Positions 10,776 through 19,331 of a stretch of 28,378 nucleotides of DNA are shown in pieces. The translations under genes were made by a program, and so were the position numbers. The notes below the pieces were generated by a model. It saw nothing but the letters and a program-made list of their open reading frames with translations, did no database searches and had not been told where the DNA came from. Source of the stretch: Spartobacteria bacterium (lineage in GTDB: Bacteria > Verrucomicrobiota > Verrucomicrobiia > Chthoniobacterales > Chthoniobacteraceae). Location: contig JAYUPM010000360.1 of assembly GCA_043760145.1 (NCBI GenBank), positions 1 through 28,378 of the forward strand. The letters are read 5' to 3'. Numbering within the stretch: the stretch's first letter is position 1; each line of letters begins with the position of its first letter.

Positions 10776-11383
10776 TGTTTGATTCGTTGTTCAGAGAGTT
10801 TGTCCGAGTATTCCTGGACAAGGTTTTCGAGCTTCACCCGCGTTGTTCCCACAAACGGTTCCCGGGCTAAAAGCGCCGTCCCGAGCCCAAAATTTTCATA
10901 TCGGGAAAGGATCTCCGTCCCGATCTTGAACATCGCGAGGTTCTTGGTCCGCTGATCCGCCACCCGCCGCTGGAGCTCGATCCCTTGCATTGCCAGCTTC
11001 GCCCGCTCCGCTTCCTTGGTCGCTGCCGTCTCCGCCGCTTTGATCTGGGCAGCCTTCCATTGCGCAAGATCCGCCCGCAGTTTGGCAATCTCACTCCCTT
11101 GCGCCGCCGCTTTTTCCGTGAGATCGCTGATTGATTTTTCCGTCGCTTCCTTCTCACCCGCCATCTGTTTGGTGAGCGTTTCGAGCTGGGCCACAAGCAC
11201 CTCGTTTTTCTGCTCCGCCTCCGTTTTTGCGATCTCGAAATTATCGCGCTGGCTCTGCATCGTGCGCAACTGAAGAAGCGCGCTGCGGAGGCTTTCCCGG
11301 AGCTTCAATTCGTCAGCGCTTGGATTGGCAGCTTGCAGCGATGAAATCCCGCAAACCATGAGAAGAATAATGAGGCGAATCAT
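10772..11383 (-). CDS. Secreted/periplasmic coiled-coil protein (PA0697-like accessory of the TPS/porin cluster)
   Basis: Sec signal MIRLIILLMVCGISSLQA. Long Ala/Glu/Lys heptad region. C-terminal LLAREPFVGTTRVKLENLVQEYSDKL resembles the small proteins that follow the porin in this cluster type. Translationally coupled to tpsA. Confidence 0.8.
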   Translation of the reverse strand: MIRLIILLMVCGISSLQAANPSADELKLRESLRSALLQLRTMQSQRDNFEIAKTEAEQKNEVLVAQLETLTKQMAGEKEATEKSISDLTEKAAAQGSEIAKLRADLAQWKAAQIKAAETAATKEAERAKLAMQGIELQRRVADQRTKNLAMFKIGTEILSRYENFGLGTALLAREPFVGTTRVKLENLVQEYSDKLSEQRIKQ

Positions 11384-11385
11384 AT

Positions 11386-13323
11386 TTAGAATTTTCCCGA
11401 GTAAGAGACTTCGAGAATGTCCACGTTGAGTGGCGGCCCCGCGATTTCCTGGGCGCTCATCCAGCGCATTCCAAGCGAGACCCGTGGCGAGATGGCGACC
11501 GTTCCAGAAAGGCTGTAGCCGCGCAGATTGGTCCCCCCGAGCCCGAAGTCCGAGTCGCTCAACCCATCCACCACAGCGTCAGATTCCACGTATCGGTAAC
11601 TGAGTCCGAATTGCCAGTCGCCCGCTTTTTGCAAAGCCGCAGCGCCAACCTTGACTCCTGCGATCCATGCCGTGTCGCCCCCATCGAACTCGCCGACTTG
11701 TCCAAGAGCGGAGTTCGGCCCCCGGTTATTCACGGCGATGCGGTTCATCGCCTCGCTGTCGAATGCCACGTTCTTCGCCCATTCAGAAAAGATCGAAATC
11801 TGGAACGGTTCCCATCGCGTCAGGTCGAGTTTTGCAGAGACAACGACTTCATGGAACGGGGTGGCCAGGCCGAAGTATTGGAACTGGTTTGTGGTGCCGA
11901 AATTATTGAGCGGGCTCGCAATAATCCGCCGCAGTGGCCGATAAGTATTCCCTTTCTGGGCAAAGGAAGGCCGGGTGTTATCGGTGTTGCCCGCATCGTT
12001 TGCAGCGAGCGGAAGGAACGGATCGGAAAGCTGCCCCTCGATATTGTCGAATTGGTAATACGCGACGGCCAGTTTCAGGTTGATCTCTTTGCGCGCCCGC
12101 CAATCGATTCCGAGTTGCCCGCCATAGAGCCATTTATCGGTGCTCTTGAACTTCGCGGGCTGGTTGGAAGCGAAATTGAAATCGGTGTTGAAAACCGGGA
12201 ATGCGCCCGCGCTGAAAAACGGTGTGACGCCGGGCAACACTTCATACCGGGCCTGCAACGCCACCCCATCAAATCCCACATCGTCATCCCAAACGATATC
12301 GCTCGCTGTGAAGAATGGATTGTCGAAACGCCCAGCCGTGATTGACAGCCTCTGGGAGGCGTCCTTGCCCGCCTCGTAACGCAGGAACCCGCGATCCAAC
12401 CAGATACTGTATTTGGAAAAGTTCCCACCCTGTCCCTGGTTGGCCAGACCAAAGCTTTGGTTGGTCGAGACCGGCGAATTGTTTTCGCCCGTCGCAATCC
12501 GCATCCCGGCGGTAAACCCATTTCCGAGATCCGCCTCCAGCGCCAAACGCAAGCGCAATCGGAGCCGGTGGCGGTTTTGATCGACATTGAATTGTGGCGA
12601 GAACTGGGTGCCGCTCACATCAAAAGGCGCGCCCGTATTGATCGAGTTGAAATTGGGAAACGCGCCGGTGTTATCGTTGGCGTCTGGAAAAAATGTGCCG
12701 TCGTAACGAACACGGACATCACCCGAGAGCCGGATCCGAGTGGTCCATTCCGGAAGGGTGCGCGGCGCCGCCCAGTTCTCCGCGCGAGCCGTGGCCATGA
12801 CCTCCTGCTTGATCTCCTCGCGCATCTGCGCCCTGACGCTCTCCGGGATGTAATTGACCATCATCCCCTCGTCTGCCCCGTATGGATCGGCTTCAGGCGG
12901 AGCCGCAGCCTGCGCCGTTGCAATCTGTTCAACAGCCACCGCCTGGGCTTGTGCCACGATCGTGTCGGCTTCCGCTTGGTTGATCAAATCGGTGGCATCT
13001 TCCTGCGTTAAAATACCGCGTTGCACCAAGCGCTGGATCAGGTTGATCGTCACATTGGTGGAAGGCCCCGACGCCGGAGGTCCTCCTTGGGTGAGGTCGA
13101 GTTCCTCAGCTGCCACCGTTGTTGAAGCGGTTGGTTCGGTCCCAGCAGAAGGAGCAGCCGCAATTAACGGAGCCGATTGAGGGAGATCAGAGAGGTCGAT
13201 TGTGGGGACCTCGGAAGAATCCCGGGGGCGTCCAGCCAACGCAGAAAACTCCCCGGCAAAGCAGCAGATCGATGCGAGCGCAAGCAGCGGGTTCCAGCGA
13301 ATAAAATGTGAGTGAGATGACAT
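11386..13323 (-). CDS. Putative outer-membrane porin (Porin_5-like beta-barrel) with N-terminal periplasmic extension, 645 aa
   Basis: Start reassigned to ATG 13323 (MSSHSHFIRWNPLLALASICCFAGEFSALA, signal peptide); the track start at 13620 overlaps tonB. Helical segment TINLIQRLVQRGILTQEDA, amphipathic strands (RIRLSGDVRVRYD, RLRLRLRLALEADLG), DDDVGFDG motif, C-terminal Phe (YSGKF). Confidence 0.85.
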   Translation of the reverse strand: MSSHSHFIRWNPLLALASICCFAGEFSALAGRPRDSSEVPTIDLSDLPQSAPLIAAAPSAGTEPTASTTVAAEELDLTQGGPPASGPSTNVTINLIQRLVQRGILTQEDATDLINQAEADTIVAQAQAVAVEQIATAQAAAPPEADPYGADEGMMVNYIPESVRAQMREEIKQEVMATARAENWAAPRTLPEWTTRIRLSGDVRVRYDGTFFPDANDNTGAFPNFNSINTGAPFDVSGTQFSPQFNVDQNRHRLRLRLRLALEADLGNGFTAGMRIATGENNSPVSTNQSFGLANQGQGGNFSKYSIWLDRGFLRYEAGKDASQRLSITAGRFDNPFFTASDIVWDDDVGFDGVALQARYEVLPGVTPFFSAGAFPVFNTDFNFASNQPAKFKSTDKWLYGGQLGIDWRARKEINLKLAVAYYQFDNIEGQLSDPFLPLAANDAGNTDNTRPSFAQKGNTYRPLRRIIASPLNNFGTTNQFQYFGLATPFHEVVVSAKLDLTRWEPFQISIFSEWAKNVAFDSEAMNRIAVNNRGPNSALGQVGEFDGGDTAWIAGVKVGAAALQKAGDWQFGLSYRYVESDAVVDGLSDSDFGLGGTNLRGYSLSGTVAISPRVSLGMRWMSAQEIAGPPLNVDILEVSYSGKF

Positions 13324-13349
13324 GAATTGAAAAATTGTGCGGGCTGGTT

Positions 13350-14144
13350 TCAGTTGGGACGATTGGCCGTGAGACGAAGCGAAATCGGCATCGTCATCCC
13401 TTCCGGCGGACCTTCCGGAAGTTGGATCCCAGCAAGGATCTCGTCCTTGAGCACCGCATCCACTGACGCGTCCCCAGTTGTGCCGTCCAGTTGCGCCCGC
13501 GTCACACGTCCACTCGCATCCGGCCAAACTTTCACATTTACCCGGAGACTGGCATTGCGCGTTTTGCGATGGTTGCGCATCGCCTCCGCGATCTTCGCCT
13601 GGAGCTTGCCGGCATACCACGCCGCACGCGTGCCATCGCCGCCACGCCCTTTTCCATTTCCACCAATCATCCCATCGCCTCGGCTGCTTAATCCCATCCC
13701 CGGTCCTTTGCCGCCTTTGTTGTTGGTGCCAAGTCCTTCCGGCGGTTTCTCCACAGGCTTCGGCTTGTCTGCATCGGGCTTGACGGTCGGTGCCTGCTCA
13801 ACTGGCTTCACCTCTTTTGGAGGAGGTGGTGGCGGTTTTGGCGGCGACGGCGGAGGAGGGAGCTGGATCTTCACCACGGTCATCGGTGCCGGCGCTTTGC
13901 GAGCCGGCGCGCTTTTGCCCTCAGACTTGCCTAGAACCGCCCAAAGGATCCCGGCGACAACCACGCATCCCACCACCAGGAGAACCCGGAACCGTTTAAA
14001 AAAGCTCTCCTCGTCCTGGTCGTCATCCGGTTGATTGGATGGTTTGGGAGCGGTGGCAGCGCGGGGTGAATGGGACTTATAGGTCTTATACGACTTATAG
14101 GTCCTATTCTGCGGCCTTTCGAGTAGATCTAGTTGGTTACTCAT
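13350..14144 (-). CDS. tonB: TonB/TolA-like energy transducer (TonB_2-type C-terminal domain), 264 aa
   Basis: Start set at ATG 14144, 8 nt after the exbD stop. Single TM helix (VLLVVGCVVVAGILWAVLG), Pro-rich linker (PPPPSPPKPPPPPPKE), Gly-rich segment, C-terminal domain with VWPDASGRVTRAQLDGTTGDASVD. Confidence 0.82.
   Translation of the reverse strand: MSNQLDLLERPQNRTYKSYKTYKSHSPRAATAPKPSNQPDDDQDEESFFKRFRVLLVVGCVVVAGILWAVLGKSEGKSAPARKAPAPMTVVKIQLPPPPSPPKPPPPPPKEVKPVEQAPTVKPDADKPKPVEKPPEGLGTNNKGGKGPGMGLSSRGDGMIGGNGKGRGGDGTRAAWYAGKLQAKIAEAMRNHRKTRNASLRVNVKVWPDASGRVTRAQLDGTTGDASVDAVLKDEILAGIQLPEGPPEGMTMPISLRLTANRPN
14074..14109. repeat. 9-bp-period AT-rich repeat inside the tonB coding region
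   Basis: GACTTATAG-GTCTTATAC-GACTTATAG-GTCCTATTC. It translates on the minus strand as NRTYKSYKTYKS. Confidence 0.8.
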
Positions 14145-14151
14145 GGCGTAT

Positions 14152-14550
14152 TTATTTCGGCTTGGTTGCCAGGCCGACTTGCGTGATCCCGATCCGCCCA
14201 AGGACATCGAGCACATCCATCACTCCCTGGTATTGGGTCTGGCTGTCGCCCCGCACCACCACCGGAAATTCCGGGGTCTTGCTTTTGACTTGGGCGAGCT
14301 TCTGTTCCAGCTCCTCAAGGCTCACGGGAATCGTGTTGAGGAACACGTTGCCTTCGTTATTGAGCGTGATCGCCTGGGTCTTCGGGCCCTCGCTTTTTGT
14401 GGTCGGCCCCCCCGCCGTCGGCAGGTTCACTTTGACGCTCTGGACCCCGGCTGTCGTCATGATGATGAAGATCAGCAGGAGGACCAAATAGAGGTCCACC
14501 ATCGGCGTGACATTGATGTCATCATACGATTTGTCGGAGTCAGCTTGCAT
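14152..14550 (-). CDS. exbD: Biopolymer transport protein ExbD/TolR
   Basis: DINVTPMVDLYLVLLLIFII with the conserved TM Asp, and C-terminal VVVRGDSQTQYQGVMDVLD. Confidence 0.95.
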   Translation of the reverse strand: MQADSDKSYDDINVTPMVDLYLVLLLIFIIMTTAGVQSVKVNLPTAGGPTTKSEGPKTQAITLNNEGNVFLNTIPVSLEELEQKLAQVKSKTPEFPVVVRGDSQTQYQGVMDVLDVLGRIGITQVGLATKPK

Positions 14551-14568
14551 GAGTCAAATGTGGGCGCG

Positions 14569-16455
14569 CTAATCGTTGCTGGATGGAAACGCCTCCGCGA
14601 TTTTCGCAATGAACTCGTCGATGAAAATTTGCATGTCGCTGATCGCATCCTTGATCCGCGAACTGAGGTAGCTGTAGGCAAACAACGCCGGGATCGCGAC
14701 CGCCAGGCCCGCCACCGTGGCCAGCAACGCCCCCGCAATGCCGGGCGCAATCGAGTTGACTTCCACCGCCCCGGTTTTCGCAATCACGGCGAACGTGATC
14801 ATGACCCCGATCACCGTCCCGAGCAGCCCGAGATAAGGGCCGCCGGCAATACCGATCGTTAAAAAGACCAGGTGCGAATTGAGCCGTTGGACCTCACGCA
14901 ATAGGCCGCCATCCAGTGTCGCCCGGATCGCTTGCATCGAGCGCCCCGAGAGCCCATTGAACTCATTCTCGGCGTTCTCTATCCGGTGCTGAATTTCCGA
15001 GGAGCCGATCTTGTAAATATGATAAAGCGGCGAGTGGCGCATGAGCTTTTGCGCCTTGCTGTTGGCTTTCCCGCCCATGCTCTTGACGTTCTGCTCGTCC
15101 CCGTGATCAAGCACGCTGAGGTCCGCTGCCAAATGATCCCACTCCTTCAGGAACGCGTTGGTGGCCCTCTTGATTTTGTTGAGGTAAACAAACTTCATTC
15201 CCGCCACCACCCACCCCACAACCGCCAGTATCCCGCACAGCACAATAACCACCCATCCGTCGATCGTCAGCGATTTGGAGATGTCCGAGATCAGCGTAAA
15301 ATGCTTTGCCAATTCGCCTTCCCCGCCGTGGCCCGATTCCTCGTCGTTGCCCACCGCCAGAAGCTTTAGCGCCTTGTCACCAGTCCCCTGGCTGAGCGCG
15401 GCGAGTTTCAAATAACCGAGTGGGCGCGCAATCTTCGAAATCTCAAGTTCATCGAGTTCGCCGGAAAAGCCAGCGGCAGTCGGATCAGCGGGAGTGGCTG
15501 CGGCAACCGTTTCGCCACCAAGCAGCGCGATGCTTTTAAATGCGGGCAGGGCGGCGTGCAATGTGCCGTAAGTTTCGCCATCCAATAAAAGTGTCACCGC
15601 CTGGCCGGATACCACCACCGAAAGATGCCGCCATGTCCCCGCTGTCAAAGGCGTTCCGGCTGCCGTCCGTTGCGTGCCTGCTGCATTCGTGATCTCCAAA
15701 AATGGCACCCCTCCATCTACTCCGATCCGAAAACCGGCGCCTTCCTCGCGTCTGCTGAAAAGGATGGCGTTGGGGGAAAGAGTCGCCGGCTTGATCCACG
15801 CGCTCCATGTCAATGCAGCGCCCTCGTTCCAGTTGAGCGATGCGGATTCCGGGAGCTTCAACGCGCTTTTTCCGTCGAGGCGCAAACCGTTCCCGATCAA
15901 TGTTCCTTCAGCAGAACGTCCCTTGTCCTGGGCGTTATTGGCGTTGCTTGTGGAATCGAGCGGCGCCGCGTTGGACTCCGCGAAATGATAAACCAGGAGC
16001 GTGTCCGCATCGTATGTGGCCTTCGGATCCCCTGCCCGCGCCACTTCCCCAGCATTCCCGTAATAAAGCCAGAAACTCGTCTCCGCCCCCGGCTTGATAT
16101 CGCCGACTTTGACCCAGACAAATGCCTCGTTCAGAAGCGCATCGAATTTTTCGAGGTGAAATGGGAGGAGCGTCTTTTCATCGGCAGCGACAAAGCGAAG
16201 GTCGCTCCCGTCTTCCTTCGCGGAAGTGAATGTGAAATTCCCCTGGTGAAGCCGCACAAGGACAACGGCGCTTCCAACAGCGTCTGTCAGTGGAACACCA
16301 GTCGCCCCGGTGTTGACCGTGATCTTTTTGCGCACGCTCCATTCCGCGTTCCACCATGCCTGGGCCGGCGTGGAAAACATCCAGCACGCCACGACACAAA
16401 ACCAGATGCCGCGTGCGAACCGAGAGAGAGCCTTGGGATTACCGTAAGTTGCCAT
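14569..16455 (-). CDS. exbB: DUF2341 + LamG-like domain fused to MotA/TolQ/ExbB proton channel
   Basis: Signal ending AQA/WWNAEWSVRKKIT. DUF2341 motifs DGSDLRF and FWLYYGN. LamG-like TWSAWIKP...WRHLSVV. ExbB TM motifs GPYLGLLGTVIGVMITF and IAGALLATVAGLAVAIPA. Confidence 0.92.
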   Translation of the reverse strand: MATYGNPKALSRFARGIWFCVVACWMFSTPAQAWWNAEWSVRKKITVNTGATGVPLTDAVGSAVVLVRLHQGNFTFTSAKEDGSDLRFVAADEKTLLPFHLEKFDALLNEAFVWVKVGDIKPGAETSFWLYYGNAGEVARAGDPKATYDADTLLVYHFAESNAAPLDSTSNANNAQDKGRSAEGTLIGNGLRLDGKSALKLPESASLNWNEGAALTWSAWIKPATLSPNAILFSRREEGAGFRIGVDGGVPFLEITNAAGTQRTAAGTPLTAGTWRHLSVVVSGQAVTLLLDGETYGTLHAALPAFKSIALLGGETVAAATPADPTAAGFSGELDELEISKIARPLGYLKLAALSQGTGDKALKLLAVGNDEESGHGGEGELAKHFTLISDISKSLTIDGWVVIVLCGILAVVGWVVAGMKFVYLNKIKRATNAFLKEWDHLAADLSVLDHGDEQNVKSMGGKANSKAQKLMRHSPLYHIYKIGSSEIQHRIENAENEFNGLSGRSMQAIRATLDGGLLREVQRLNSHLVFLTIGIAGGPYLGLLGTVIGVMITFAVIAKTGAVEVNSIAPGIAGALLATVAGLAVAIPALFAYSYLSSRIKDAISDMQIFIDEFIAKIAEAFPSSND

Positions 16456-16465
16456 GAGTTATTCT

Positions 16466-18292
16466 TTAAAAATCAGCGGAGACACGGAAGGTGAACAGGA
16501 GGTCGCCCGCCTGGCTGTTTGCCTGCGAGATGGCCGGGATCGCCAGGTCGAGTGAGCCATTGAAGTGATTCGACAACTCGATCCGGCTCCCGATTCCGAA
16601 GCTCGCGAGCTGGAAGTGCGATGCCTGTTGCGGCAACGGCTCGTGGATCGAGAGCGCTCCCACGTCCCCAAATGCGTAGATCCGCCATTCCTGGTTTTTC
16701 CCCCATGCCCCAAACGCCCCCGTGCCCCACCCGAGCAGCGCCGGGCTGCGCAATTCGGCTGTCCCAAAAATCGCGTTGTCACCGAGCACCTCCGCCTCCA
16801 GATATCCACGGGCGCTTCCGAGTCCACCCCCTGCAAACTGTTCGCTGTTGACCAATGGCTGATCCGCGATCTGCCCATGCACCTTGAGATAAGCCTGGAA
16901 CCCGCCCGGCAACTCATGCGTATGGGATAGATCGCTCCGTATATAGATGAAATTGGAGTCGGCCTTGAACCGGTTATTTTCAAACTCATTGGATCGATTG
17001 CCGACCCCGCGGATGCCGAGCGTGACGCCCGCATTGAATTCGGTGACGGAGTTTTTGGGGGGCGCTGAAGTGGTGGCCGCTGCCGCATCACCTTGCGCAG
17101 CCGCGTCCTTCGACTTCCCCGGGTGGCTCCATGTCGCCGAATAATTCGCGCTGATCGGGTAGTATGTGATCGGCGTGAGCAGCGTCGTTTCACCAATCTC
17201 AATCGCCTGGTTGAAGTGCTTGTAATCAAACCCCGCATTGAATGACTGATAAAAATTCGGCCCCGATGGCAGCGTGATGATTGCGCGCCCCCCATAAACT
17301 TCACCGCGCCCAGCCACCGCAATGCTTCCAAGCGTGCTGACATTGGAATCCTGCTTGGTCGCCTGAAGCATTAGGCTCAGCCAATCGACGTTGGGAACCC
17401 GCGCAATGTAATAGCCGGAGAACACTTTGACTTCCGACCAATCCTCTGGCGAAAGCTGGAAGTTGCCGCCGATGGAATGCCCCGCTTGCCACAGGTTATT
17501 GTAACTGAGCGCCCCGGAAAGCCGCAGCGGTGTGGTATCCGCGCTGTAACGGTTATTAAGTTCAATGCTCCCGTGCAGCGGGAATTTGTCTTTGACCGTT
17601 AAATCGATGTCCACCAGCCCGGGCTCCGCGCCCGCCACCATCGACGGGGTCACCTGCCGGTCCGGCCAAAGGTTGAGCGCCACGATGTCCCGGGTGACAT
17701 CGTTGAAATTCACTGCCCGCCCTTCCGCCAATGATTGCGCTTTCGCCTTGATCACACTCGGCAAAAAATAACGCGCCCCTTTCACCCGGACCTGCCCCAC
17801 TTTCCCTTCGCTCACCTCAAGGATCACAATGCCCCGCCGCCCTGTCTGCGCGGGAATTTGGACCGAGGCACCTTGAAAACCCTTTGCCTGATACGCCTTT
17901 TGCAATGCGGCCCGAGCGCCCTCCACATCATCCGCCGTCCGGCCCGGTCCGAGGAACGGATAAACGGCCTCCTCCACTTCCATCTGCGGCAACTCGTGCG
18001 CGCCGATCACCCGGTAGCGCCGGATATAAAGTGGTTTCAACGTCGGCTTTTCCATCTCCCCTCGTGGCAGCGACGTCTCGTCGCTTTTGGTTTCCGAGGT
18101 TGGCTCCGGCTTTCTGTCACTCATTTCACCAAGAGATCCAATCAACGGAAGACCCAGCCACAAGAGGGCTGCTGGAGCCAATCCACGACCGGGCCTGACC
18201 CGACCGGTTTGGTTGAAGATGGATTGGAAGATACGCACGGAGAGGTCGGAGCAAGGTTGTTGTAGCTGTCTCCAACCCTCGCGCTCTCTCAT
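16466..18292 (-). CDS. ShlB/FhaC/HecB-family TpsB (Omp85) transporter, PdtB-like
   Basis: POTRA motifs (IRRYRVIG, LQKAYQAKGF, ILEVSEGKVGQVRVKG), loop-6 motif GGLGSARGY (VRGY/F variant), C-terminal VSADF. The real start may be GTG at 18238 (MRIFQ...AALLWLGLPLIGSLG), because ATG 18292 overlaps the Pho-box-like site. Confidence 0.92.
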   Translation of the reverse strand: MREREGWRQLQQPCSDLSVRIFQSIFNQTGRVRPGRGLAPAALLWLGLPLIGSLGEMSDRKPEPTSETKSDETSLPRGEMEKPTLKPLYIRRYRVIGAHELPQMEVEEAVYPFLGPGRTADDVEGARAALQKAYQAKGFQGASVQIPAQTGRRGIVILEVSEGKVGQVRVKGARYFLPSVIKAKAQSLAEGRAVNFNDVTRDIVALNLWPDRQVTPSMVAGAEPGLVDIDLTVKDKFPLHGSIELNNRYSADTTPLRLSGALSYNNLWQAGHSIGGNFQLSPEDWSEVKVFSGYYIARVPNVDWLSLMLQATKQDSNVSTLGSIAVAGRGEVYGGRAIITLPSGPNFYQSFNAGFDYKHFNQAIEIGETTLLTPITYYPISANYSATWSHPGKSKDAAAQGDAAAATTSAPPKNSVTEFNAGVTLGIRGVGNRSNEFENNRFKADSNFIYIRSDLSHTHELPGGFQAYLKVHGQIADQPLVNSEQFAGGGLGSARGYLEAEVLGDNAIFGTAELRSPALLGWGTGAFGAWGKNQEWRIYAFGDVGALSIHEPLPQQASHFQLASFGIGSRIELSNHFNGSLDLAIPAISQANSQAGDLLFTFRVSADF

Positions 18293-18319
18293 GACATCGG
18301 AATGTCAGGCAGGTTACAT
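18291..18319 (-). promoter_or_regulatory. Pho-box-like operator: three direct repeats at 11-bp spacing
   Basis: The minus strand reads ATGTAAC-ctgc-CTGACAT-tccg-ATGTCAT. Cores GTAAC/GACAT/GTCAT lie exactly 11 bp apart, matching the PhoB half-site CTGTCA(T/C) architecture, directly upstream of the operon. Confidence 0.65.
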
Positions 18320-18360
18320 TCCTGCGACTATTCCCCGGGAGACCGTCACGGTTTGTAGTT

Positions 18361-18374
18361 CCGCATTTATGCGG
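18361..18374. promoter_or_regulatory. 14-bp palindrome CCGCAT-TT-ATGCGG, possible operator
   Basis: Perfect 6-2-6 inverted repeat in the upstream region of the TPS operon. Function unknown and could be chance. Confidence 0.3.
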
Positions 18375-18413
18375 CAAAAACCACCCGCCCTCTTTACGGA
18401 ACCAAAACCCGGG

Positions 18414-18605
18414 TCACTTTTTCAATGAACCCATGATGCCGCGACTCCGCGTTCCTCTTCCACTCTTCTTCGGACCATCCATCCGATCCTGGGCATATAT
18501 CCAATGATCCTTCGCTGAAACCCGCCAGTTCGGGTAAGGCGGGTCGGTCTCCCACGTTTTGGCCATCGTCCGCATGGCAAAAAGCGAGGCCGCCTCACAC
18601 AGCCC
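18414..18605 (-). pseudogene. C-terminal-side fragment of a putative zincin-like metallopeptidase
   Basis: GLCEAASLFAMRTMAKTWETDPPYPNWR...YAQDRM. In PVC-type hypothetical proteins I recall, this motif directly follows AHEFCH...W(F/L)EE. No proper N-terminus, and it degenerates after ~40 codons. Confidence 0.6.
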
Positions 18606-18696
18606 CAAATGCTTTCGCGTCCACGGTCATATCCAAGGCACGTGAACCCTTCGTCGTGGCCGCGGCATCCGTATCTGTTTAGCCGCCCATGACTGT

Positions 18697-19101
18697 TTAA
18701 TGAGCCTTACCACGGCGCATTGGTTTCGAGTTGGCTTTGAGCCATGCAGCGTAACCGGCCTCTGTCATTTCGCCCGCGGCAAGCGCCAGGGTTTTCATCA
18801 CCGCGTCCGCCTGACTCGCCTTGAAGTGGTGGCTATTTCGTTCCAAAAAACCCGCCCCCATCATGAATCCTGTGCGTTTGTTGCCATCGATAAACGGATG
18901 ATTCTTCACAATCCCCGCTGCGTAACTTGCCGCCAGCTTGGCCATGGACGGTTTGCCATATGCGAATAGATTGCGGGGTTTGGCGAGGGCAGAATCGAGA
19001 AGATGCTCATCGCGGACCCCGCCAAGTCCGCCGAATTGCGAGATCATCATTTCGTGCAACGCCAGGCATTCTTCCCGGGTCAGCCAGTAAGGCTGTTTCA
19101 T
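18697..19101 (-). CDS. doc: Fic/Doc family (death-on-curing) toxin
   Basis: GVRDEHLLDSALAKP and active-site HPFIDGNKRTG. Overlaps the antitoxin stop (ATGA). Confidence 0.95.
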   Translation of the reverse strand: MKQPYWLTREECLALHEMMISQFGGLGGVRDEHLLDSALAKPRNLFAYGKPSMAKLAASYAAGIVKNHPFIDGNKRTGFMMGAGFLERNSHHFKASQADAVMKTLALAAGEMTEAGYAAWLKANSKPMRRGKAH

Positions 19102-19325
19102 TTTGCCAGTTCGCGGAGCGTGTCCCGGTAGCGCTGGGCCAGGTCACCAAACGTCGCCATCGTCTTCGCAAAATCCTGATTGGTTGCGCTCACATGAAAA
19201 CCGTCAGGAGTTTCGGTAAGCAGCACCGAGTCGCCTTCCTCCGCCTTGAGATGGGCAAGTGCCTCTTTTGGAAGGACGACCCCGAGCGAATTGCCAACCT
19301 TGCGCAGTTTAAGTTCCAGGTTCAT
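19098..19325 (-). CDS. AbrB/MazE/SpoVT-family antitoxin
   Basis: LKLRKVGNSLGVVLPKEALAHLKAEEGDSVLL is the AbrB-fold signature. 75 aa, directly upstream of doc. Confidence 0.93.
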   Translation of the reverse strand: MNLELKLRKVGNSLGVVLPKEALAHLKAEEGDSVLLTETPDGFHVSATNQDFAKTMATFGDLAQRYRDTLRELAK

Positions 19326-19331
19326 GCGACA

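Noticed and set aside
38-10782. About 60 short track ORFs on both strands (e.g. 2728-3366, 8577-9332)
   Set aside because: Antisense or alternate-frame shadows of the giant tpsA, with no family motifs.
13324-13620. 99-aa N-terminal extension of the porin in the track ORF
   Set aside because: It overlaps tonB in another frame, and the signal peptide begins at 13323.
16459-17343. 294-aa minus-strand ORF
   Set aside because: Arg/Ser-rich alternate frame lying over the tpsB gene.
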